From: Christensenella sp. UBA3217
Lineage (GTDB): Bacteria > Bacillota > Clostridia > Christensenellales > CAG-1252
Direction of reading: 5' to 3'
Assembly: GCA_002363545.1 (NCBI GenBank)
Contig: DEWF01000001.1
Coordinates: 307,049-371,048 of the forward strand
Length of the DNA stretch: 64,000 nt
Shown: piece after piece, positions 8,167 through 18,570 of the stretch
Position numbering within the stretch: position 1 is the stretch's first letter
How the letters are laid out: every line of letters starts with the position of its first letter
Program-made: the position numbers and the translations under genes
The notes under the pieces: generated by a model
Told to the model about the DNA's origin: nothing
Databases searched by the model: none
The model's input: the letters and a program-made list of their open reading frames with translations, nothing else

Positions 8167-8733
8167 TTACACACGGGACATATAGGTGCCGGTGCGGGTA
8201 TCCACTCTGATCACGTCCCCTTCGTTCACAAACATGGGAACTTGGATCTTGTATCCGGTTTCAAGCGTAGCGGGCTTGGTACCTGCCTGAGCGGTATCAC
8301 CCCTTACACCCGGCTCACAAATCGTGATCAAGAGCTCAACAAAGTTAGGCGGTTCAACGGAGAATGCCTTGTCCTTGTAGAAAGAAACGGTCACTTGGGA
8401 ATTCTCTTTGATAAAGTTCAAAGCATCCGAAACCTGATCATAGTTCAAAGGAAGTTGCTCATAGGTTTCAACGTCCATGAAGTAATACAATTCACCATCG
8501 GTGTAAAGATACTCCATATTCTTACGCTCGATATGAGCCGCATCAAATTTATCGGTCGGGTTGAAAGTGCGCTCGATCACACCGCCCGAGATCACGTCAC
8601 GGATCTTGGTGCGCACAAACGCGGAGCCTTTGCCCGGCTTCACATGCATAAAATCCACGATCGTATAGACCTTTCCTTCCATCTCAAAGGTGACGCCTTT
8701 ACGAAAATCACCCGCCATAACAGTAGAACCCAT
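8167..8733 (-). CDS. efp: elongation factor P
   Basis: The motif [18 protein letters not shown] contains the modified-Lys loop. An AGGAGG RBS lies 5 nt before the ATG at 8733. Confidence 0.95.
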   Translation of the reverse strand: MGSTVMAGDFRKGVTFEMEGKVYTIVDFMHVKPGKGSAFVRTKIRDVISGGVIERTFNPTDKFDAAHIERKNMEYLYTDGELYYFMDVETYEQLPLNYDQVSDALNFIKENSQVTVSFYKDKAFSVEPPNFVELLITICEPGVRGDTAQAGTKPATLETGYKIQVPMFVNEGDVIRVDTRTGTYMSRV

Positions 8734-8742
8734 AGTATCCTC

Positions 8743-9786
8743 CTAAACTATATAAATTTCTTTATCCGAACGGTCTATGACCGTTAGTTTACCATTTTCG
8801 ATCATCACAAGGCTTTCGATACGAACACCGAACTCCCCTTCCAGGTACACACCCGGTTCGATCGTAAACACCTCGTTATCACAAAGCACATCCTTGCTGC
8901 GCCGAGATAACCAAGGCGCTTCATGTATCTCTATGCCAACGCCGTGTCCGAGGGTATGTGTGAATGTCCCGCGAAAAGGCGAACGATCAATCGTTTCCCT
9001 GGCGATCTTATCCGCCTCAAAGGCGCTTCTGCCGCCCTTTTCAAGATACTCGATCGCATTGTGCTGCGCAGTCAACACCGTTTGGTATGCCTCGCAGAAC
9101 TTTTGTGAAGGATTGCCACAATGTACGGTGCGCGTAAAGTCGGAACAGTAGCCCTTATACTTGGCACCAAAGTCCATTAGCACGCAATCTCCCTCACGAA
9201 GCGCACGTTCCGAAGGAACTGCGTGCGGCATTGCCGCATTCTCGCCAAAGGCAACGATGGTATCAAATGCCGTTCGCTCAGCGCCGTTGGCAACAAGATT
9301 TGCCACCAAAGCGTCCCTAAGTGCCTTTTCGCTAATGCCCGGCTTAATAAGGGGTAAGGTAGCTTGAAAGGCGGCGTCCACAATGCTTTCTGCCTGCTTG
9401 ATGATCTCCCGTTCCTCACAGGACTTGATCTTGCGCAATTCGGCAAGCGTGCCTGTGATATCCACAGTTTTATCCTGCTTTGTAAAGAAGGAATTAAACC
9501 AAGCAAGTGTAATATGATCGTATTCCAACCCGATGACCGCAGCGTTTTCAACTTGATTCTTTATGAATGCGCTTTGCTCCTCTCTGGTTTGAATAAGCAA
9601 CTCAAACCCACTCGGAGAAGCCGCTTTTACGGCAACCTCATACAGCGAATTGGTCAGGTAGTAATTCCCGCGTTTGGTGAGAATCAACACAGCATCCGCC
9701 ACATCCACACCGCTCACGTAATAGAGAGAAGCGGGAGAAGTAATGATCGCACAATCGCACTCTTTCAAGAGCAAATCGGAATACAT
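8743..9786 (-). CDS. M24 family Xaa-Pro aminopeptidase (YqhT/PepP-like)
   Basis: The metal-ligand motifs are VLMDFGAKYKGYCSDFTRT and LGHGVGIEIHEAP. Lying directly upstream of efp is the conserved Firmicute arrangement. Confidence 0.9.
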   Translation of the reverse strand: MYSDLLLKECDCAIITSPASLYYVSGVDVADAVLILTKRGNYYLTNSLYEVAVKAASPSGFELLIQTREEQSAFIKNQVENAAVIGLEYDHITLAWFNSFFTKQDKTVDITGTLAELRKIKSCEEREIIKQAESIVDAAFQATLPLIKPGISEKALRDALVANLVANGAERTAFDTIVAFGENAAMPHAVPSERALREGDCVLMDFGAKYKGYCSDFTRTVHCGNPSQKFCEAYQTVLTAQHNAIEYLEKGGRSAFEADKIARETIDRSPFRGTFTHTLGHGVGIEIHEAPWLSRRSKDVLCDNEVFTIEPGVYLEGEFGVRIESLVMIENGKLTVIDRSDKEIYIV

Positions 9787-9840
9787 AGTGTTATTATAAA
9801 CGAAAAATCTGTTTTTTGCAATTATTTCTTTATTATTCCA

Positions 9841-10692
9841 CTACTTACATTGCTTAAAATAAAGGTTTTTCATGGTTTTTGCATCCAAAGATTGCGTCCC
9901 TGCGGATTCCGACAAGATCCAAGGTTCCAAACGGTATTCGTAAAGGATCTCTGCCAAAGGCTCAAACTCGGGGCCGTATTCGTTATCGGCAAAGGTCAGG
10001 TGTCGGATCTCACCGCCTTTTCCGTATTCGATCTTGGAAAAATGAACGTGCATATTTTTTACCTTTTGTTCACCAACACCATCGATCAATCGATCGATCA
10101 CGGCACGGTAATCATCCTTGTTTTTCAAGCTGCCGTACGTGCGTGCATTCAAGTGACCGAAATCCACGCAAGGAAGAATATTGTCCGCTACGTTTACAAT
10201 ACGGATGATCTCATCCACATCCCCAAGTTGGTTGATCTTCCCCATGGTTTCGGCGCAAACAAAACGATCCTCATAGCCCTTTTGATAAAACTCCTCCATA
10301 AAGAGCTCCATCGCCTTGATCAAACGATCCATGGCTTCACTGCGTTCCGATTTTAAAGGAGAACCCGGGTGGAAGACCGCACGCGTACCACCAAAGTATT
10401 TTAACGCGTCAAGAGATGCAAAAAGATAATCATAAGTGGCGCGCAGTTTAACGGGATCCTCACCCGCAAAGTTGATATAATACGGCGCGTGTACCGATAT
10501 GCCGACACCCTGATCGCGGAATGCACGCCCTATTTTCTCTGCGGTTTCTTGTGTGATACGCACCCCTCTTCCGAAGGAATACTCAAAGATATCCAGCCCG
10601 TTTGCTTTAATAAATGCGGGCACTTCGATGGTATGAGAAAACCCTGCCGCGGCAAAGGCTTCATCCGTACCGGACGGTCCAAACTTAATCAT
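9841..10692 (-). CDS. AP endonuclease family 2 / xylose-isomerase-like TIM-barrel protein (Nfo-like)
   Basis: Motifs SVHAPYYINF, AVFHPG, VCAETMG, DFGHLNA and HVHFSKIEY are present. The ATG at 10692 is preceded by AAGGAGGGATT, so the upstream ATG at 10707 is part of the RBS region. Confidence 0.72.
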   Translation of the reverse strand: MIKFGPSGTDEAFAAAGFSHTIEVPAFIKANGLDIFEYSFGRGVRITQETAEKIGRAFRDQGVGISVHAPYYINFAGEDPVKLRATYDYLFASLDALKYFGGTRAVFHPGSPLKSERSEAMDRLIKAMELFMEEFYQKGYEDRFVCAETMGKINQLGDVDEIIRIVNVADNILPCVDFGHLNARTYGSLKNKDDYRAVIDRLIDGVGEQKVKNMHVHFSKIEYGKGGEIRHLTFADNEYGPEFEPLAEILYEYRLEPWILSESAGTQSLDAKTMKNLYFKQCK

Positions 10693-11575
10693 AATCCCTC
10701 CTTGCATTTACGTCTTGGGAGATTTGCGCGACCAACGCGTCAACCCCCGCAAAGGTACGTATCTCTCTATGGTATTTCAAAAAGGTGAGCGCAACTTCTT
10801 TTCCGTACAGATCACCCGCAAAATCCAACACGTAAGTTTCGATATTACACGAATAATCTCCAAACGTGGGATGCTCACCAACGTTGGTTATGGAGCGAAA
10901 GGTCTTTCCATCCAACTGCACCTCGGTAAAATATACTCCTTTTTTCAAGCGCAGCATATCCATTGAAAAGTTGATGGTGGGAAATCCCATTTTAGCACCG
11001 TCCTTGCGCCCCATCGCTACGGTTCTATGTAACGTAAAGTGTCGGCCAAGCAATTTTTCAGCGCAAGCAATATCACCCTCTGACAAAGCGCGTTTTACCC
11101 TTTCGGAACTGACCTTTTCCCTGTTTGACATGCAAAGATCCAAAATGGCAGAAGTATTTCCGAATGCACGCAACAGATCGGCAGGCTTGCCTTGCCCGTT
11201 TTGTCCAAAAGAAAAATCTTCTCCGCAAGTAAACCCTTTGATCACGAGTCTGCCTTTTAAGTAATCCAAAAATCCTTGCGGCGAAAGGGATAAAAAGGAT
11301 TTATCGGCATCAATATAGAAAACGTTGTCCACTTGTAGCTCTTCTATAAAGCGGAGTCGCTCCTCGAAGGTAAAAATAGGATGTTTTTCAATACCTATCA
11401 GAGGGAAAATGTTGTTTTTGAAAAGAAAAACCGAAGAAGGTTCCCCTTGTTGCTTTGCAAGAGAAACCGCCTTTTGGATCACCTGCCGATGCCCCAAATG
11501 GATGCAATCAAAAAACCCGAATGCGATGATCCCGGCATTTTGATCCTTCACATTTTCAAGGTCAAAAACGTTCAT
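10685..11575 (-). CDS. ribF: bifunctional riboflavin kinase / FAD synthetase
   Basis: The FAD synthetase region has GFFDCIHLGHRQVI. The kinase region has KMGFPTINF and ETYVLDFAGDLYGKEV. The ATG at 11575 overlaps the truB stop as ATGA. Confidence 0.93.
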   Translation of the reverse strand: MNVFDLENVKDQNAGIIAFGFFDCIHLGHRQVIQKAVSLAKQQGEPSSVFLFKNNIFPLIGIEKHPIFTFEERLRFIEELQVDNVFYIDADKSFLSLSPQGFLDYLKGRLVIKGFTCGEDFSFGQNGQGKPADLLRAFGNTSAILDLCMSNREKVSSERVKRALSEGDIACAEKLLGRHFTLHRTVAMGRKDGAKMGFPTINFSMDMLRLKKGVYFTEVQLDGKTFRSITNVGEHPTFGDYSCNIETYVLDFAGDLYGKEVALTFLKYHREIRTFAGVDALVAQISQDVNARRDYD

Positions 11576-12438
11576 ACGTCCCTCGCAACCATCTTCAAAA
11601 CGTGATCTGTCACACAACCGATCCCGTAAAAAGCCCCGCCGATAAAGACGGAAACCAATCCGTCTTCATTTGGTAAAGTTTGTTTTACTCCATTCTCCAC
11701 TTTTACGCGCATTTCTTCGGAAAAATCCGCACGATCAAGGGAAGCGGAAAATTGTTCTAAGGAGGTAAAACCGGATAAAATATCCTTCTCAATATCCTCT
11801 AACGTAACGGCATCTTCAATCCTCATCGTGCCGTTTTGCACTCTTTCAAGGGCGCCCATATAGGCATAACAACCAAGTTTAAACCCAATATCGCGACACA
11901 GTGAACGAATGTACGTGCCACCCGAACAAGTAACTCGGAACCGGAAGGTATCATTTTGGGGTCTATCCTCTAAAATGATATCGTAAATGGTCACCTTGCA
12001 GGGTTTTAACTCGGGTTCCACTCCTTTCATTGCCAAGCGGTATGCACGAACCCCGTCAATGCTTTTTGCGCTGAATTTGGGCGGTATCTGATCAATTTCC
12101 CCCAAAAAACTTTGCAAGGTTTCCCGAATCACATCATCTTCAATTATCGGTACGGTGCATTCCGCCGTCACCTTACCCACAGCATCCAAGGTATCGGTTT
12201 GTTTTCCCAAAACGCAAGTGGCGATATAGGTTTTTCGTTTTGTCAAAAAGTGATCGAAAAGTTTGGTAGCGGAACCAACCGCTACACCCAAAACCCCCGT
12301 AGCCTGCGGATCAAGCGTACCAAGGTGTCCCACTTTAATTTTTTGCCCTGTTGTTCTGCGAAGGATGCCGCGTATCTTGATCACAAGGTCGCTGGATGAC
12401 TTCCCAATGGGCTTGATCACGTTATAAAACCCGTTCAT
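11572..12438 (-). CDS. truB: tRNA pseudouridine(55) synthase
   Basis: The catalytic motif is GHLGTLDPQATGVL. The ATG at 12438 (MNGFYNVIKP) overlaps the nrnA stop. Confidence 0.93.
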   Translation of the reverse strand: MNGFYNVIKPIGKSSSDLVIKIRGILRRTTGQKIKVGHLGTLDPQATGVLGVAVGSATKLFDHFLTKRKTYIATCVLGKQTDTLDAVGKVTAECTVPIIEDDVIRETLQSFLGEIDQIPPKFSAKSIDGVRAYRLAMKGVEPELKPCKVTIYDIILEDRPQNDTFRFRVTCSGGTYIRSLCRDIGFKLGCYAYMGALERVQNGTMRIEDAVTLEDIEKDILSGFTSLEQFSASLDRADFSEEMRVKVENGVKQTLPNEDGLVSVFIGGAFYGIGCVTDHVLKMVARDV

Positions 12439-13391
12439 AGATGGTCTTTGCAAGCCTTCAAAATATCGTCCAACACGTTTCCGTAAAAACCGTTCACCAT
12501 AAAGCCGGAAGCGTTTTTATGCCCACCACCGCCAAACACAGAGGCAATGGCATTGGCATCTACGTTGCCTTGGGTACGTACGCTGATTTTATAACCATTG
12601 GGACGCACTTCGGTAATGGAAACCGCAATATCCACCCCCGCAACGTTCACGATCTCATTCACCAAATTGGAAGTATTGGCAGATGAAGTTCCCGTGGCAA
12701 CAAAATCTTCTTTTGTAAAGGTGAGGATCCCAATTCTGTTTTGCTCAAAAAACTGTGCTTTGGAAAGCACGCGAGCCTTTAATTTAAAGGTATCAAAGGG
12801 GATCTCACGAAAATGCTTGTATGAGATATCGGCATTGGGGATGCCGTACTGTAAGAGCGAGGATGCGATCTCCAACGTGCGCACACCCGTATTGGAAAAC
12901 CCAAAATTACCCGTATCCGTCACGAGTGCCGTATAAAGAAGCGATGCGATATTTACATCCATAAAGGTGAGGTCATACTCTTTTATAATAAGCCAAATCA
13001 GCTCTGCCGTAGCACCGGAATGTGGATCGATGCAATTATACATGGCGTAGCTGCGATCTTGTAAATGATGATCCACGCACAAGGTTTTGCGCCCTTTTTT
13101 GAAAAGAGTCACGTACTTGCCAATGCGATCTTCCGCCGCGCAATCCACCGCAATGGTAAGGTCGTATGAAGAGAGTTCCGCATCTTGATTGATTGCCTCG
13201 GCAGAATAAAGATCGCCCATGTCGAACTTCAATTCCCCGTCACAAAAGCAAGAAACGGTTTTGCCTGCTTTTTGTAAAAAGGCGCGTAAAGCAAGCGTTG
13301 ATCCAATGGTATCACAATCGGGGTTTATATGTGAAAAAAGCGCGATGATTTTCGCACTTTTTAACAACTTTACAACGTCAATTATCTCCAT
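12435..13391 (-). CDS. nrnA: DHH/DHHA1 phosphoesterase (NrnA-type oligoribonuclease / pAp phosphatase)
   Basis: Motifs SHINPDCDTIGS, CVDHH and FGGGGHKNASGF are present. A GGGAGAGGAAA RBS precedes the ATG at 13391. Confidence 0.85.
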   Translation of the reverse strand: MEIIDVVKLLKSAKIIALFSHINPDCDTIGSTLALRAFLQKAGKTVSCFCDGELKFDMGDLYSAEAINQDAELSSYDLTIAVDCAAEDRIGKYVTLFKKGRKTLCVDHHLQDRSYAMYNCIDPHSGATAELIWLIIKEYDLTFMDVNIASLLYTALVTDTGNFGFSNTGVRTLEIASSLLQYGIPNADISYKHFREIPFDTFKLKARVLSKAQFFEQNRIGILTFTKEDFVATGTSSANTSNLVNEIVNVAGVDIAVSITEVRPNGYKISVRTQGNVDANAIASVFGGGGHKNASGFMVNGFYGNVLDDILKACKDHL

Positions 13392-13764
13392 TTTCCTCTC
13401 CCATATAGTTCTTTTCCGTGGCATGGGTCTTATCCATTGCGTTTTCGATCAATTCCGTGAGTTGCATGGCGTTATCAAGAGAGCCGTCAGGAATGATCCG
13501 CAAATAAGGAACAATGCGCATTTTGACCCTCTTTTTCAAAAGGTTCCGCATGTGTCCCGTGCAATTTTGCAAAGCCTCAAAGGTTTCCTGTTCCAGCGTT
13601 TTATCGCCGTAATAACTCACGTAAACACGAGCATGCGAAAGATCGTCGCTCGTTTTCACCTCCATAACGGTGAGCATGCCATGGATGCGCGGATCATTGA
13701 GCTCATAACGAAAGATCATGGAGAGCTGTTTTAAAAGTTCGGAGTTGATCCGCTCTATGTTCAT
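13378..13764 (-). CDS. rbfA: ribosome-binding factor A
   Basis: It is 128 aa and lies directly after infB. It has the typical RINSELLKQLS...DPR...VTVMEVKTSDDLSHARVYVS pattern. Confidence 0.92.
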   Translation of the reverse strand: MNIERINSELLKQLSMIFRYELNDPRIHGMLTVMEVKTSDDLSHARVYVSYYGDKTLEQETFEALQNCTGHMRNLLKKRVKMRIVPYLRIIPDGSLDNAMQLTELIENAMDKTHATEKNYMGEENGDN

Positions 13765-16340
13765 TACTGCTCAACCTCCTCCATCAGGAAGCACTCGATC
13801 ACGTCACCGACCTTGATATCGTTGTAATTCTCGATACCCACACCGCACTCAAATCCGGTAAGCACTTCTTTTACGTCATCTTTCAACCTCTTCAAAGAAG
13901 ATACTTTGTTCTCGGTGATGACCACGTTATCACGCAACAAGCGGAGATCCGCATTTCTTTGCAGCTTACCTTCCACGACCTTACAGCCGGCAATCACGCC
14001 AACACCGCTGATCTTAAAGGTTTCACGCACTTCCGCTCTACCCAAAACGGTTTCCTTAAACTTGGGCGCAAGCATACCCTTCAATGCAAGGGTAATATCG
14101 TTCAGCACGTCGTAAATGATCCTGTAATTGCGGATATCCACGCCATGTTTTGCGGCAGCTGCCTTGGAATTGGCGTCCGGACGTACGTTAAATCCAATGA
14201 TAATGGCGTTTGAAGTGCTGGCAAGCACCACATCGGACTCATTGATAGCACCAACGCCCTTGTGGATGACCTTCACTTTCACCTCTTCGTTGCTGAGCTT
14301 GGTCACCTCTTGAACAAGCGCTTCCACGGAACCTTGCACGTCCGCTTTGACGATCAAGTTCAACTCTTTGAGTTTGCCCTCGCTGATCTGTGCAAAGATA
14401 TCTTCCAAATTGTGCTTGACGGAGGTATCCTCATCCACCTTCACTTTGAGTTTTCTCTCTTCTGCGATCTTTCTTGCAAGTTTTTCATCCGCAAGAACGA
14501 TCATCTTATCGCCCGCCGAGGGCGCTTCGTCAAAGCCAAGCACGGATACCGGCATGGAAGGACCTGCGGTCTTCACCAATTTTGCCTTATCGTTCACCAT
14601 GGATTTAACTCTGCCGCACACCGAACCCGCCACCATAAAGTCACCGATCTTCAAGGTGCCGTTTTGCACCAAGATGGTTGCCACGGGACCGGCTTTGTCA
14701 AGTTTGGCTTCAATAACGGTACCGCGAGCGGGGATCTTGGAGTTAGCCATGGGCTTTAACTCTTCCGAAACGAACAGGTTGATGGTGTCGATCAGATCTT
14801 CCACGCCCTGACCCGTTTTTGCGGAAACAGGACAGGCTGTCACGTCGCCGCCGTACTCACCTACCACAACGTCATAATTCAAGAGTTCTCTCTTCACGCG
14901 GTCAATATCAGCACCGTGTTTATCGATCTTATTGATCGCAACGATAATAGGCACACCCGCAGCTTTGGCATGGTTGATCGCTTCCACGGTTTGCGGCATG
15001 ATACCGTCATCCGCCGCAACCACAATAATGGCAATATCCGTCACCATGGCACCGCGAGCACGCATGGAAGTAAACGCTTCGTGGCCCGGGGTATCGATAA
15101 AGGTGATAGTTTGACCGTTTTTCTCAATGGTATATGCGCCGATATGCTGCGTAATACCACCCGCTTCCTTTTCAGCAACGTGGGAATTACGAATGTAATC
15201 GAGCAAGGAAGTTTTACCATGATCAACGTGACCCATGATGGTAACGATAGGCGCACGCGGTTCGGTATTATCCACAGATTCATCGGTAATAAGCTCTTCG
15301 AGCTTTTCCTCAGCCGACTTATCCGCTTTGAGTTCCAATTCAATGCCGTAGTTGGCGGCAATGAGTTCTGCGGTGGCAAAATCAATGGAATCGTTTATGG
15401 TCTTCATCACGCCTTCCAAAAGAAGCATCTTCATAAGTTCCGCAATGGGCTTACCGATCTTCTCAGAAAGGAGCTTAATAGGCACAGGATCCACGTTGAT
15501 AACTGCCTTTTCAATAACCTTTTGGGTCACAACAGGGGCCTGTTTTTGATATTTTTTGCTCTTGAAGCGTCTTGCGATCTCGCTATCATCGATCTCCATA
15601 CCGTTTTCAAGCTCACGGCGCAAAATGCTCTTCTTGTTGGGCCCTTTCTTATCCTCAAAGGCATTATTGTTATTGCCTTTATCGTAAGCTTTCTTGCCAC
15701 CTTTGCCCTTAGAAGGTGCGGAAGGAGGTGCGAACATTACCTTATCACGATCGGAAAGACCTCCGAAGATGGAATCCTTTTGATTGAAACCACCGCGGTT
15801 TTGTCCATAACCGGGGCGCGTATTTCTGCCCCCGTTTCTTTCGCTTTCCGGAATATAGATAATGGGCTTAACGAACTTTCTGGGTTCGGGCACGTCCGGT
15901 CTTAACGGATTACGTGCAGGAGCGGCAGGAGCAACGGGAACCTCTTCCTTTTTGGGCTCTTCCTTCTCTGCCACAGGCGCTTGCTCTTGTTCGGACTCTT
16001 TTTCCTGCTCGATCTCACCTACCGGTGCCTCAGCCTCGGGAGCAACGGTTTCTTCCTTAGCAGGTTCTTCCGTTTGGACCGCTTCGGGTACGGGAGCCTC
16101 CGCTACTACCGTATCAGCTTTCTTTTCCGCTTCTTCCGCAAGCTTAGCTTGAGCAAGCTCTTCTTCTTTTTCCAATTCCTTGGCAATGAGAGCGTTTTTG
16201 ATCTCGGAGATGCGAGAAAGAAGGTCATCTGCGCGCCTACGTGCCTCCCTGACCTCTATCGTAAGACTGCGAAACCTCGCTTTATCCAAATCGACAAGCG
16301 CAGCGATATTCGCAAGGGTGTCTTTATTGTTTTCACTCAT
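13764..16340 (-). CDS. infB: translation initiation factor IF-2
   Basis: The GTPase motifs are [20 protein letters not shown] and NKIDK. The N-terminal region is low-complexity and rich in E, K, A and P. Confidence 0.97.
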   Translation of the reverse strand: MSENNKDTLANIAALVDLDKARFRSLTIEVREARRRADDLLSRISEIKNALIAKELEKEEELAQAKLAEEAEKKADTVVAEAPVPEAVQTEEPAKEETVAPEAEAPVGEIEQEKESEQEQAPVAEKEEPKKEEVPVAPAAPARNPLRPDVPEPRKFVKPIIYIPESERNGGRNTRPGYGQNRGGFNQKDSIFGGLSDRDKVMFAPPSAPSKGKGGKKAYDKGNNNNAFEDKKGPNKKSILRRELENGMEIDDSEIARRFKSKKYQKQAPVVTQKVIEKAVINVDPVPIKLLSEKIGKPIAELMKMLLLEGVMKTINDSIDFATAELIAANYGIELELKADKSAEEKLEELITDESVDNTEPRAPIVTIMGHVDHGKTSLLDYIRNSHVAEKEAGGITQHIGAYTIEKNGQTITFIDTPGHEAFTSMRARGAMVTDIAIIVVAADDGIMPQTVEAINHAKAAGVPIIVAINKIDKHGADIDRVKRELLNYDVVVGEYGGDVTACPVSAKTGQGVEDLIDTINLFVSEELKPMANSKIPARGTVIEAKLDKAGPVATILVQNGTLKIGDFMVAGSVCGRVKSMVNDKAKLVKTAGPSMPVSVLGFDEAPSAGDKMIVLADEKLARKIAEERKLKVKVDEDTSVKHNLEDIFAQISEGKLKELNLIVKADVQGSVEALVQEVTKLSNEEVKVKVIHKGVGAINESDVVLASTSNAIIIGFNVRPDANSKAAAAKHGVDIRNYRIIYDVLNDITLALKGMLAPKFKETVLGRAEVRETFKISGVGVIAGCKVVEGKLQRNADLRLLRDNVVITENKVSSLKRLKDDVKEVLTGFECGVGIENYNDIKVGDVIECFLMEEVEQ

Positions 16341-16650
16341 CAGTACCTACCTCCGACTGTTTATTTAATTCCTTTACCACTGCCGAAGCAAGGTTCTCTT
16401 CGGCAAGGCCAACGCACTTAATGGCTTTGCCGCCAAAGTAATCGGACAGCGATGCCATTTTCCGTACGGGTATTTGTTTGATTTCCGCGTAACGCATCAC
16501 TTTCTTAAAGGAATTCTCTGCCAACTCGTTATCACAAAGCACGAGATACAGCCTTTTCCCTGTAGCGATCACGCTTTCATATCCATAGACGATCTTGCGG
16601 GACTTGACGGAAAACCCCAAGTACGCCGCGATCTTCTCATTTCGACTCAT
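16333..16650 (-). CDS. ylxQ: L7Ae-family RNA-binding protein YlxQ
   Basis: This is a small protein between ylxR and infB. The ATG at 16650 (MSRNEKIAAYLGF) is the chosen start. It has the KSRKIVYGYESV pattern of the L7Ae-like fold. Confidence 0.8.
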   Translation of the reverse strand: MSRNEKIAAYLGFSVKSRKIVYGYESVIATGKRLYLVLCDNELAENSFKKVMRYAEIKQIPVRKMASLSDYFGGKAIKCVGLAEENLASAVVKELNKQSEVGTDE

Positions 16651-16903
16651 AAGACTCTGCCAAACGATCGTAATCATCCTCCGAGACGATCGTCTTAAAG
16701 ACCTTATTCAAGATCTTGCCTTTCACGCACTTTTTAAGACAATCGGGGTTGCCGCAAAGATACGCCCCTCTACCCGCCTTTTTTCCGGTGGGATCAAGCA
16801 AGACGTTTCCTTCGGGGGTGCGGACGATCCTCGTCAACTCTCCTTTATCAAAGAGCCCCCTGCAAGCAACGCACATTCTCTTGGGTGTTTGCTTCGGCAT
16901 CAT
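16637..16903 (-). CDS. ylxR: YlxR (DUF448) RNA-binding protein
   Basis: Motifs KRMCVACRGLFDKGELTRIV and GRGAYLCGNPDC are present. It lies directly after nusA. Confidence 0.86.
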   Translation of the reverse strand: MMPKQTPKRMCVACRGLFDKGELTRIVRTPEGNVLLDPTGKKAGRGAYLCGNPDCLKKCVKGKILNKVFKTIVSEDDYDRLAESYESK

Positions 16904-17970
16904 CAGCCCTCCTGCTCGTCCATAAACTCCAAAATCGAGGAGTACGGCTTAACATCGATCTTCCATTCGGTGAGCTTTGCGGCAAGACGTGCATTTTGCC
17001 CTTCACGACCGATGGCAAGGGAGAGCATGTTATCGTTCACGATCACTCTTGCAGAGTGCTCATCGTCATTTACGTGCACCTGAACGGCTTTAGCGGGGCT
17101 GATCGCTCTGGCAATGAACTCCAAGGGATCGGCACACCAGTTGATCACGTCGATCCTTTCCCCGTTCAGCTCTTGCACGATCACGTTGATACGACTACCT
17201 CTCGGTCCGATACAGGAGCCAACGGCATCCACGTTGGGATCATCGGAATAAACCGCGATCTTGGTGCGGAAACCCGCTTCACGCACGATCTTTTTGATTT
17301 GCACAAGCCCACTCTTCACTTCGGGCACGTCCAACTCGAAAAGACGGCGCACGAAATCAGGATGAGCGCGGGAAACGATCACTTGCGGAGAACGATTGTT
17401 GGTGGTAATGCGTCTGACAAGCACCTTGATCATCTCGCCAATATTGTACTTTTCATTGCGGATCTGCTCGGAAATGGGCATGATACCTTCCATTTGGGTG
17501 GGAAGGATCTCCACGTACACACTGTTCGGTTCTACCTTACGCACGATCGCATTTACGATCTCACCGGACTTTTCGTTCATCTCATCATACACTTGCTCCT
17601 TCTTGATATCGGTCAAGCGCTGCATGATGACTTGGCGAGCGGTTTGCACCGCAATACGGGAAAGGTTTTTCGGGGTGATCTCCTGAGAAATGGTATCGCC
17701 CACTTTATAACTCGGCTTGATCTTCTTCGCTTCTTCAAGAGAAATCTCCTTTTCCTCATCAGTCACTTCGTCCACAATGGTCCTGAATGCAAACACTCTG
17801 ATCTTATTTTGCTCGGGATAGAGCTTCACTTCGATCGCCGCGCTGGTCGCATTCTCTTTTTTATAAGCAGAAGCAAGACCTGCTTCCAAAGAAGCGATGA
17901 ATTCGTTCTTATCGATCCTTCTCACTCTTTCAAGCTCGTCAAGTGCCGCAAAAAAATCCTTGTTTATCAT
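16903..17970 (-). CDS. nusA: transcription termination/antitermination factor NusA
   Basis: Motifs SRAHPDFVRRLFELDVPEV, VGSCIGPRGSRI and AIGREGQNARLAAKLTEWKIDV mark the S1 and two KH domains. An AGGAGGAAGT RBS is present. Confidence 0.96.
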   Translation of the reverse strand: MINKDFFAALDELERVRRIDKNEFIASLEAGLASAYKKENATSAAIEVKLYPEQNKIRVFAFRTIVDEVTDEEKEISLEEAKKIKPSYKVGDTISQEITPKNLSRIAVQTARQVIMQRLTDIKKEQVYDEMNEKSGEIVNAIVRKVEPNSVYVEILPTQMEGIMPISEQIRNEKYNIGEMIKVLVRRITTNNRSPQVIVSRAHPDFVRRLFELDVPEVKSGLVQIKKIVREAGFRTKIAVYSDDPNVDAVGSCIGPRGSRINVIVQELNGERIDVINWCADPLEFIARAISPAKAVQVHVNDDEHSARVIVNDNMLSLAIGREGQNARLAAKLTEWKIDVKPYSSILEFMDEQEG

Positions 17971-17978
17971 ACTTCCTC

Positions 17979-18440
17979 CTAAAATGTGATATAGGGTTTT
18001 GCTACCGCAATATCTTTTGTTTCTATTTTCAATTCGCCCTCTTTGGTTTTGAGCGAAATCATACCGTTTTCATAGCTCAGCAAGGTACCGATATGCTTTT
18101 TTGCCCCTGCGAGCGGCTTATAGAGCGCAACCTCTATTTCCGTACCCATCTTCTTTTGATAATCGCGCTCGGTTTTCAGCGGACGATCCAAGCCGGGAGA
18201 GGAAACGTTCAGCACAAAGCTTTCTCCGCCGGTGGGATCAAGATCATCCAAAGGCTGATCGATCGCATTGGCAACGATCTCGGTATCATCCAAACTGACA
18301 CCGCCCGGCTTATCGCAATCGATATACACGGTCAAATGCATGGCATCGTGTTGCTTTTGATAGGTCACTTCCACGAGTTCATATCCGAGATCTTGCAAGA
18401 TGGGAAGGATCAGTTCTTCCACCTTTTCTTTTACAGACAT
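17979..18440 (-). CDS. rimP: ribosome maturation factor RimP
   Basis: Motifs LGYELVEV and VSSPGLDRPLK are present. It lies directly upstream of nusA. Confidence 0.9.
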   Translation of the reverse strand: MSVKEKVEELILPILQDLGYELVEVTYQKQHDAMHLTVYIDCDKPGGVSLDDTEIVANAIDQPLDDLDPTGGESFVLNVSSPGLDRPLKTERDYQKKMGTEIEVALYKPLAGAKKHIGTLLSYENGMISLKTKEGELKIETKDIAVAKPYITF

Positions 18441-18463
18441 AGTCCTCCGATCGGTGCCTTATA

Positions 18464-18492
18464 AATTAAAAAGTGAGCCAATCAAGCCCACT
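18464..18492 (-). terminator. candidate leader terminator/attenuator between the rimP-nusA promoter and the rimP RBS
   Basis: On the minus strand the stem AGUGGGC / GCUCACU (7 bp including one G-U) has loop UUGAUUG. It is followed by UUUUAAUUU about 30 nt before the rimP ATG. Confidence 0.45.
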
Positions 18493-18518
18493 TCCTCACA
18501 AGCACCTCTACCACAATG

Positions 18519-18547
18519 AGTATAGCACACAAAACAACCAATTACAA
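18519..18547 (-). promoter_or_regulatory. sigma-A type promoter (extended -10) of the rimP-nusA-infB operon
   Basis: On the minus strand: TTGTAA (18547..18542), a 17-nt spacer ending in TGC, then TATACT (18524..18519). Confidence 0.5.
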
Positions 18548-18570
18548 CTAATTTATTAAAGATATTTATA

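Noticed and set aside
9364-10356. A 330-aa ORF on the + strand.
   Set aside because: It is antisense to the M24 peptidase and the Nfo-like gene and spans their intergenic gap. It has no motifs or RBS.
14916-15905. A 329-aa ORF on the + strand, plus several other + strand ORFs within 13906..16421.
   Set aside because: All are antisense to infB, whose GTPase motifs are unambiguous.
16885-17982. A 365-aa ORF on the + strand.
   Set aside because: It is antisense to nusA. Its His/Leu/Asp-rich composition is typical of a reverse-frame artefact.
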